DNA from: an archaeon
Lineage (GTDB): Archaea > Nanobdellota > Nanobdellia > Woesearchaeales > GW2011-AR9
Length of the DNA stretch: 64,000 bases
Assembly: GCA_018696395.1 (NCBI GenBank)
Contig: JABHQR010000017.1
Coordinates: 39,094-103,093 of the forward strand
Direction of reading: 5' to 3'
In this document: piece by piece, positions 57,419 through 64,000 of the stretch
Position numbering within the stretch: position 1 is the stretch's first letter
Layout of the letters: every line of letters begins with the position of its first letter
Translations under genes and position numbers: made by a program
Notes under the pieces: model-generated
The model's database searches: none
Told to the model about the DNA's origin: nothing
The model's input: only the letters and a program-made list of their open reading frames with translations

Positions 57419-57501
57419 CAATACTAATTTGTGGTTGAATTCATTGAATTCATACTGTTATAATAAAGACAATTAAGAAAAAAGAAAAGGTAAAAATCAA
57501 A

Positions 57502-60075
57502 ATGGAGCAAAGTATTCACAAAAAGATTAATTACATTTCATTTGCAGTTTTATCTCCAAAAAATATTTTGGACACTTCTGCTGCTAAGGTTGTAACACCA
57601 GAACTTTATGATCGGGAAGGTTATCCTGTAGATGGTGGGTTAATGGATATTAGGTTAGGAGTAATTGATCCTGGGCTAAGATGTAAAACTTGTGGTGGTC
57701 AATTAAAAGAATGTTTAGGTCATTTTGGACACATTGAATTAGCAAGACCTGTGATTCACATCTCTTTTGTTAAACAAATTTATGATCTGTTAAGGTCATG
57801 TTGTAATTCTTGCGGTAGGGTTTTAATTCCTGAAGAAGACATTAAGAAAACAATAAAATTTCTTGTAACTGTCGGTGAAGAAAGGGGTTTAGATGCTCAA
57901 CGTAGAGAAGTTAGAAAACTAGTTGCAAAATATAAAAATAAAGGGAAATGTCCTCATTGTAGTGCTAAACAGAAAAAAATTAAAATTGAAAAACCTTACA
58001 CTTTTTATGAAGATGAAAATAAATTAAGTCCAATTGAGGTTAGAGCAAGGTTAGAAAAACTTAATGATGATGATTTACCGTTGTTTGGTTTTAATATTGA
58101 AACTATGAGACCTGAATGGTTAATAGGTACCATATTACCAATTCCACCTGTAACTATGCGGCCAAGTATTACTTTACAATCCGGTGAAAGAAGTGAAGAT
58201 GACTTAACTCATAAGTTAGGTGATGTAGTTAGGATTAACCAGCGATTGTTTGAGAATATTAATGCTGGTGCACCAGAGATTATTATTGAAGATTTATGGG
58301 ACTTGTTACAATATCATGTTACAACTTATTTCCATAATAGTGTGTCACAATTACCACCTGCAAGGCACCGTGGTGGACAAATTCTTAAAACTTTAACTGG
58401 TAGGATTAAAAGTAAAGAAGGCCGTATTAGGCATAACTTAGCTGGTAAAAGGACAGATTTTTCTGCACGTACAGTTATCAGTCCAGATCCATTAATTAGT
58501 CTTAACGAAGTTGGCGTTCCTTTAAAGATTGCCATGCATCTTACTGTTCCTGAAAGAGTAACTGAATGGAATAAAGAATATCTGTTAAGGTTTGTAAAAA
58601 ATGGACCTAAAAAATATCCTGGTGCAAATTATATTATTAAACCAGATGGAAGAAGAAAAACTATCACTGAAGAAACAATGGACGAAATCTTAGAAGAATT
58701 AGATGTTGGTTATGTTGTAGAAAGGCAGTTAGTTAATGGTGACATTGCGCTGTTTAACAGGCAACCTTCACTTCATAGGATGAGTATGATGGCTCATAAA
58801 GTTAAAGTTCTTCCTGGAAAAACATTAAGGTTAAACCCTTCAGTATGTCACCCTTATAACGCAGACTTTGATGGTGATGAGATGAACTTGCATCTTCCTC
58901 AAACAGAAGAAGCTAGAGCAGAAGCTGAAGTATTAATGTTAGTACAAACTCAATTAATTAGTCCTAGGGATGGATTAAGTGTAGTGGGTTGTATTCATGA
59001 TTCCATTACAGGTAACTATCTGTTAACTAAAGAATTAGTTTTAAGTAGGGAAGAAACAATAGATCTACTTTATACTTGTGGTTTAGATGATTTTTCAGAA
59101 TTGCCTAAACAAGATAAATTTGATGGTAAAGAAGTATTTTCTATGTTAATTCCATCGGACTTTACTTTTTATGGTAAAGATAAAAGTGGTAATGATGTTG
59201 AAATAGTTAATGGGATTTTAAAGAAAGGTTTTATGGATAAAGCTAACCTTGGTCAAGAAAGTGGTTTAATGTTAAGGAATATTTATGCTGATTATGGTCC
59301 GAAATTTACTGCAACATTTTTAGAAAGAGTTTCAAAATTAGGGATTAATGTCTTGTTAAGAAGAGGATTTTCAATAGGTATTGGGGATTTAGATTTATTA
59401 GAAGATATTGATGTTCAGATTAAAGAAATCATAACTGAATCTATAGATAAGGCTAACAAGTTAATTGAAAAATATTACAAAGGTGAACTTGAAGCTTTAC
59501 CTGGAAGGTCAGTTTCTGAAACCTTAGAATTAAGAATTTTAGAAGTACTAAACAAAGCTAGAAATAAAAGTGGAGATTTAGCAATTCGACAAGTTCGTGA
59601 AAATGCTGCTTTAGTAATGGCTAGAAGTGGGGCCCGGGGTAATGTTCTTAATATTGCACAGATGAGTGCTATTGTTGGTCAGCAAGCATTTAGAGGTAAA
59701 AGAATTGAGAAAGGGTTTAAAGGAAGAACTATGTCATATTTTAGTAAAGGTGATTTGAAACCTGAAGCAAGAGGGTTTGTAAAAAACAGTTTTAAAAGTG
59801 GATTAAATCCTTCAGAATTTTTCTTTGGTGCAATGACTGGTCGAGATGCATTAATGGATACTGCGTTAAGAACACCTAAGTCTGGTTATTTGTATAGGAG
59901 ATTGTCTAATGCAATGCAAGATCTTAAAGTAGAATATGATGGAACTGTAAGAGATTCAGCTTCTAGGATTGTGCAATTTAGTTATGGTGAAGATGGTCTT
60001 GACGTATCTAAAACTAAGAATGGTGAAGTTGATGTAAAGGGTATAATCAAGGTTGTAATGGGGGATAAAAAATGA
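57502..60075 (+). CDS. rpoA1: RNA polymerase subunit A' (Rpo1N)
   Basis: [33 protein letters not shown] and catalytic [11 protein letters not shown]. Confidence 0.97.
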   Translation: MEQSIHKKINYISFAVLSPKNILDTSAAKVVTPELYDREGYPVDGGLMDIRLGVIDPGLRCKTCGGQLKECLGHFGHIELARPVIHISFVKQIYDLLRSCCNSCGRVLIPEEDIKKTIKFLVTVGEERGLDAQRREVRKLVAKYKNKGKCPHCSAKQKKIKIEKPYTFYEDENKLSPIEVRARLEKLNDDDLPLFGFNIETMRPEWLIGTILPIPPVTMRPSITLQSGERSEDDLTHKLGDVVRINQRLFENINAGAPEIIIEDLWDLLQYHVTTYFHNSVSQLPPARHRGGQILKTLTGRIKSKEGRIRHNLAGKRTDFSARTVISPDPLISLNEVGVPLKIAMHLTVPERVTEWNKEYLLRFVKNGPKKYPGANYIIKPDGRRKTITEETMDEILEELDVGYVVERQLVNGDIALFNRQPSLHRMSMMAHKVKVLPGKTLRLNPSVCHPYNADFDGDEMNLHLPQTEEARAEAEVLMLVQTQLISPRDGLSVVGCIHDSITGNYLLTKELVLSREETIDLLYTCGLDDFSELPKQDKFDGKEVFSMLIPSDFTFYGKDKSGNDVEIVNGILKKGFMDKANLGQESGLMLRNIYADYGPKFTATFLERVSKLGINVLLRRGFSIGIGDLDLLEDIDVQIKEIITESIDKANKLIEKYYKGELEALPGRSVSETLELRILEVLNKARNKSGDLAIRQVRENAALVMARSGARGNVLNIAQMSAIVGQQAFRGKRIEKGFKGRTMSYFSKGDLKPEARGFVKNSFKSGLNPSEFFFGAMTGRDALMDTALRTPKSGYLYRRLSNAMQDLKVEYDGTVRDSASRIVQFSYGEDGLDVSKTKNGEVDVKGIIKVVMGDKK

Positions 60076-61217
60076 AAGCTGCATTAAAAGAAGTATATGA
60101 TCAGTATTCAGATAAATTGCCTGAATCAATCTTAAATGATATTAAAGAGAACTTACCAGAATCTGCAACTAAAGCTAAGATCAAAGAAGTATTTGAAAAA
60201 ATTTACAATTCATATGATGACAGTAAAGTTAATCCAGGTGAATGTGTTGGTTTAGTTAGTGCAGAAAGTATAGGGGAACCTGGTACTCAGATGACTTTGA
60301 ACACTTTCCACTTAGCTGGGGTAGCAGAGGTTCAAGTTACAACTGGTCTTCCAAGAATTATTGAAATTTTTGATGCAAGGAAAAATATCAAAACCCCTAC
60401 TATGGAAATTTTCTTGAAAAAACCTTACAATACTATTGATCGAATTAAAGATGTTGCGGTACAAATTAAAGAAACTATGCTTGGGGAATTAATTGAAGAT
60501 ATTACTATTGATATTTTAGAACAAGAACTGAAAATTAGTTTAAATGAAGGAATGTTAACCAACTTTAATTTGGAATTTGATCAAATATTTAAAATAGTTA
60601 AAACTAAAATTAAAGGTTTTAACATTGAAAAGAAAGAAGAGGAAATTGTTTTCAAATCTAAAACTTCCAAATCTGAAGAATTAAAAGGTCTTTATGTTTT
60701 GAAAGAAAAAGTCAAGAAAATTAATATCAGGGGAGTTAAAGGAATTAAACAAGTCATGCCAGTTAAAAGGGATGAAGAATATATAATTTTAACTGCTGGG
60801 ACTAATTTAAAGGAGATTTATAAACTGCCTGAAGTTGATGTTGAAAGGACAACTTCTAACGATATTTTTGAAACTTATGCGGTGTTAGGTATTGAAGGGG
60901 CACGCCAAGTAATAATGGTTGAAGTTTCAAAAGTAATTCAATCTCAAGGTTTGAGTATTGATATGAGACATATTATGATGGTAGCAGATTTAATGTGTTC
61001 ATCTGGTTCAGTAAAAGGTATTACTCGGTTTGGTGTTGTTAGTGATAAATCATCTGTGCTAGCAAGATGTTCGTTTGAAACACCAATTAAACATATGATT
61101 AATGCAGCTTTAGAGGGTGAACAGGATTGGTTAAGGTCAGTAGTAGAAAACGTTATGGTAAATCAGCCTGTACCAATTGGAACTGGTTTGCCTGGTTTAG
61201 TTACAAAAATGAAATGA
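60072..61217 (+). CDS. rpoA2: RNA polymerase subunit A'' (Rpo1C)
   Basis: [33 protein letters not shown]....AD and SFET. Confidence 0.96.
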   Translation: MKAALKEVYDQYSDKLPESILNDIKENLPESATKAKIKEVFEKIYNSYDDSKVNPGECVGLVSAESIGEPGTQMTLNTFHLAGVAEVQVTTGLPRIIEIFDARKNIKTPTMEIFLKKPYNTIDRIKDVAVQIKETMLGELIEDITIDILEQELKISLNEGMLTNFNLEFDQIFKIVKTKIKGFNIEKKEEEIVFKSKTSKSEELKGLYVLKEKVKKINIRGVKGIKQVMPVKRDEEYIILTAGTNLKEIYKLPEVDVERTTSNDIFETYAVLGIEGARQVIMVEVSKVIQSQGLSIDMRHIMMVADLMCSSGSVKGITRFGVVSDKSSVLARCSFETPIKHMINAALEGEQDWLRSVVENVMVNQPVPIGTGLPGLVTKMK

Positions 61218-61306
61218 TTAAATATGTTGAAATTTATGTATTGAAAATATTTAAACAATTATTATAATAAATTAAAAGAGAGTTAATATGGGGAATTAGT
61301 TAAAAG

Positions 61307-61591
61307 ATGGCAAAGAAAAAAGAATTGGATTTAAATGTTCAAATCATTAAACAAGCACTTAAAGAAAATAAAGTGTTAATAGGTAATGATGAAGTTGTTA
61401 AAACTTTGAAGTTGAGTGGATTAATTAAAGTTTTTATGGCAAGAAATGTTGCTCCTGCAATTAAAGAAGATTTGGAACATTACTGTAAATTAGCAAATGT
61501 TGAATTAATACAGTTGGGACAGGATAATGAAGAAATTGGACTTATTGTTAAGAAAGGTTATATGGTTTCAGTGTTAGGCTTAAAAGCTTAA
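61307..61591 (+). CDS. rpl30e: 50S ribosomal protein L30e
   Basis: L7Ae/L30e-like, at the conserved position after rpoA''. Confidence 0.8.
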   Translation: MAKKKELDLNVQIIKQALKENKVLIGNDEVVKTLKLSGLIKVFMARNVAPAIKEDLEHYCKLANVELIQLGQDNEEIGLIVKKGYMVSVLGLKA

Positions 61592-61666
61592 CATTGTTAG
61601 ACATTTTAATTTACTTTTCGATTAAGTTTTAAACTTATTTATTTTAAATTTAAAGAGTTTCTAAAA

Positions 61667-62083
61667 ATGGCAAAAAGAGTGAAGGTTGATATGGATTCTT
61701 TTGCATACACACCTATGTTTGAAAGGTTGGCAAAAGTTAAAGTGAGAGCGTGTTTTGATGGAGGGGATATTTTATATGTTGTATTATCTCCTGGTTTTTT
61801 AAGAAAAGCTATTGGGAAAAATGGTGAAACAATCAAAAGGTTCAGTGAAAGAGTTGGGAAGAAAATTAAGTTAGCAGAATATAATCTTGACATTAAAAGG
61901 TTTATTAAAAACATAATTTATCCATTACAAGTGGAAGATATTGAAGTTTTTGATGATCATGTTATCATTAAAGATTCAAGTAAAAAGACGAAAAGTTTAT
62001 TAATAGGTCGCGATGCCAAGAATTTGAAGATGCTGAATGATATTGTCGGTCGCTTTTTCAATAAAGATGTTAAAATTGGGTAG
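61667..62083 (+). CDS. nusA: Archaeal NusA (KH domains)
   Basis: AIGKNG..IK and LIGRDAKNL KH motifs, at the conserved operon position. Confidence 0.88.
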   Translation: MAKRVKVDMDSFAYTPMFERLAKVKVRACFDGGDILYVVLSPGFLRKAIGKNGETIKRFSERVGKKIKLAEYNLDIKRFIKNIIYPLQVEDIEVFDDHVIIKDSSKKTKSLLIGRDAKNLKMLNDIVGRFFNKDVKIG

Positions 62084-62169
62084 GTGGAGTATTCAAAAAT
62101 TTAGCATGAAAATATAAAATAATACTATAAAACATTTAGAAACGAAGGTTTAACTAAAATTTATAAAAG

Positions 62170-62598
62170 GTGTATTACATGGGAAACAAACCAAAAGGAT
62201 TAGGATCAGCAAAAAAATTAGCTCAAAGAAGAAAAACTTTCAAAAAAGCTAGAAGAACATTACTGAAAAAGAAAGTAGATCCATTAGAAGGGTCATCTCA
62301 AGCTAAAGCAATTGTACTTGAAAAACTTCAAATTGAAGCAAAACAGCCAAACTCTGCTATGAGGAAGTGTGCTAGGGTACAACTAGTAAAGAATGGTAAA
62401 CAAGTTACTGCTTTTATGCCCGGTGATGGTGCACAAAAACTTATCAATGAACACGATGAAGTTATTGTAGAATGTATCGGCGGTAAAATGGGTCGTGCGA
62501 AAGGAGATATTCCTGGAGTAAGATGGCAAGTATTAAAAGTTAATGATCAAAGTTTAAATGCCTTATTAAAAGGTAAATTGGAGAAAGCAAGAAGGTAA
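62170..62598 (+). CDS. rps12: 30S ribosomal protein S12 (uS12/S23e)
   Basis: [20 protein letters not shown] and GDIPGVRW. Likely start is the ATG at 62179. Confidence 0.97.
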   Translation: MYYMGNKPKGLGSAKKLAQRRKTFKKARRTLLKKKVDPLEGSSQAKAIVLEKLQIEAKQPNSAMRKCARVQLVKNGKQVTAFMPGDGAQKLINEHDEVIVECIGGKMGRAKGDIPGVRWQVLKVNDQSLNALLKGKLEKARR

Positions 62599-62605
62599 TT
62601 TTAAA

Positions 62606-63205
62606 ATGCAAGAACTTAAATTTTTTAATAGATGGTCAACTGATGGCGTAACTGTTACAGATGCAGGATTACAAAGATACATTAGGATTGAACCAAGAAT
62701 TGCACCAAAAACTGGAGCAAGATATGCTGGTAACAGGTTTCATAAATCTTACACTTCAATTGTGGAAAGATTAGCTACAAAACTTATGGGTTCGGGTCAT
62801 AAAGGTAAAACTCATTTTATGAGTTCTGGCCATAATACTGGTAAGAAGAATCAAGCTTTAAAAGTAGTTGAAGAAGCTTTAGCAATGGCTGAAAAGAAAC
62901 TTAACATGAACCCAATATTAATCTTGGTTAAAGCAGTAGAAAATTCTGCACCTCGTTCTGAAGTAATCGCTGTTGAGTATGGTGGAGCTAGGTATCCTAA
63001 ATCTGTCGATGTAGCGCCTCAAAGAAGAGTTGATTTAGCTTTAAGGTACATGACTCAAAGTGCTTACACTAAATCTTTTAACAAGAAAACTTCTATTATA
63101 AAAGCTCTTTCAGACGAAATCATTGCAGCAGCACAAAGTTCAGTAAGAAGTGGTGCAATTTCTAAGAAGCGTGATTTAGAAAGGCAAGCAGCAAGTAGTA
63201 AGTAG
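62606..63205 (+). CDS. rps7: 30S ribosomal protein S7
   Basis: IVERL, KAVENSAPR, YGGARY...VD.APQRR.DLAL, A.SKK...ER.A.SS. Confidence 0.97.
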   Translation: MQELKFFNRWSTDGVTVTDAGLQRYIRIEPRIAPKTGARYAGNRFHKSYTSIVERLATKLMGSGHKGKTHFMSSGHNTGKKNQALKVVEEALAMAEKKLNMNPILILVKAVENSAPRSEVIAVEYGGARYPKSVDVAPQRRVDLALRYMTQSAYTKSFNKKTSIIKALSDEIIAAAQSSVRSGAISKKRDLERQAASSK

Positions 63206-63335
63206 AGTTTTTATTTTTTTCTTATTCTTAGTTTTTTTTTTAATTAATAGTAACCTTTTTAAGTCTTAAAGTTTTTCTTTAATGTTAGATTAAATATTTT
63301 AGTTAATTTATGCTAGGGTAAAAAGAGGTGAAATA

Positions 63336-63782
63336 ATGGCTAAGGAAAAAGTAAAATTGGATGTTTGTAAGGAAAAAGAATGTAATTATGCTAAGATTAG
63401 TTTAGTGGTTTCTTTAATTGTTGGTATTTTAGCAATTGTAGCTATTTGTATGATGATTTTTGGGAATAATGATTGTTCTGAAGTCACTATGTTATTAGAT
63501 GAAGAGGGAAGTTTAGTTGTTGTTGAAGATTTAGATTTAGGTGATGGTGGTAATTTGGTTGGTAATGCTGGTAGTGATGGGGATCTAATGGGGAGATTAG
63601 TATCTTTAGTTAGCTTAGGGGGTAAGACCAAGACTAGTTTCAAAATTGGTCGAGATGGCCAATATCATGCTACTCAATCTTCGGATGATGATGATGATAG
63701 CGGTGAAGGTGACTCTGACGATGATGGCGACACTGCAGACACTGCAGACACCGATGGGGTTTGTGAAGGTGAATCTTGTTAA
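63336..63782 (+). CDS. Single-TM protein with Asp-rich C-terminal tail
   Basis: GAGGTG SD, one TM segment and the tail SSDDDDDSGEGDSDDDGDTADTADTDG. Confidence 0.65.
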   Translation: MAKEKVKLDVCKEKECNYAKISLVVSLIVGILAIVAICMMIFGNNDCSEVTMLLDEEGSLVVVEDLDLGDGGNLVGNAGSDGDLMGRLVSLVSLGGKTKTSFKIGRDGQYHATQSSDDDDDSGEGDSDDDGDTADTADTDGVCEGESC

Positions 63783-63838
63783 TTTTTTTTCTTTTTTTTC
63801 AATTAATTTTTTAAATAAGTTCTTTTCTTTAACCTAAC

Positions 63839-64000
63839 ATGATAATACTTGGCGTAGAATGTACTGCACATACTTTTGGTGTGGGGATAATTGAAGTTAT
63901 TGGTAAAGGTAAAAATATTGGTGATTGTGGTTGTAAGGTTCTTGCTAATGAAAAAGATAGTTACAGTTCTAAAGATAAAGGGATGATACCTGATGAAATT
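63839..64000 (+). CDS. kae1: Kae1/TsaD tRNA t6A threonylcarbamoyltransferase, 5' part (partial, not in ORF track)
   Basis: Hand translation MIILGVECTAHTFGVGII...VLANEKDSY...GMIPDEI matches the Kae1 N-terminus. Confidence 0.88.
   Translation, partial: MIILGVECTAHTFGVGIIEVIGKGKNIGDCGCKVLANEKDSYSSKDKGMIPDEI

Noticed and set aside
1-64000. CRISPR array, integrase, transposase or provirus
   Set aside because: No regularly spaced repeats and no recombinase, transposase or capsid motifs were seen. The 16-bp repeat has only two copies.

Overview
AT-rich archaeal chromosome segment, most consistent with a DPANN/Woesearchaeota-type genome (inference). The support is a split rpoB''/rpoB' and rpoA'/rpoA'' operon with rpoH-rpl30e-nusA-rps12-rps7, TATA/BRE promoters, intron-containing tRNAs and a solitary 5S rRNA. 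1-27 kb is a surface-glycan locus for nonulosonic (Pse/Leg-type) sugars. It includes a 1266-aa four-domain fusion, a HisH/HisF-like amidotransferase pair, tailoring enzymes, flippase, GT2 and a GT-C-like protein, followed by a 2-oxoacid:ferredoxin oxidoreductase. 27.2-40.7 kb is the most striking region: a co-directional 12-gene cluster (AOR, pncB, small ORF, pncA, nadE, Nudix, nadM-like, Ser/Thr kinase, vWA, GATase-like fold, degenerate pyruvate kinase, NADK2-like NAD kinase). A convergent nrtR and a type II pantothenate kinase face it. I found three matching AGTGT-N7-ACA operator-like sites, placed just downstream of the TATA boxes of the cluster and of nrtR. 46-51 kb has hisS, a racemase and a CDPS-like protein downstream of a second, divergent tRNA-His. 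That tRNA is bracketed by a 16-bp direct repeat that ends two tiny DCIHC peptides. Six tRNAs are present (His x2, Gly, Tyr, Asp, Lys). No CRISPR array, integrase or transposase was seen. All family assignments come from motif recognition by eye, without database searches.
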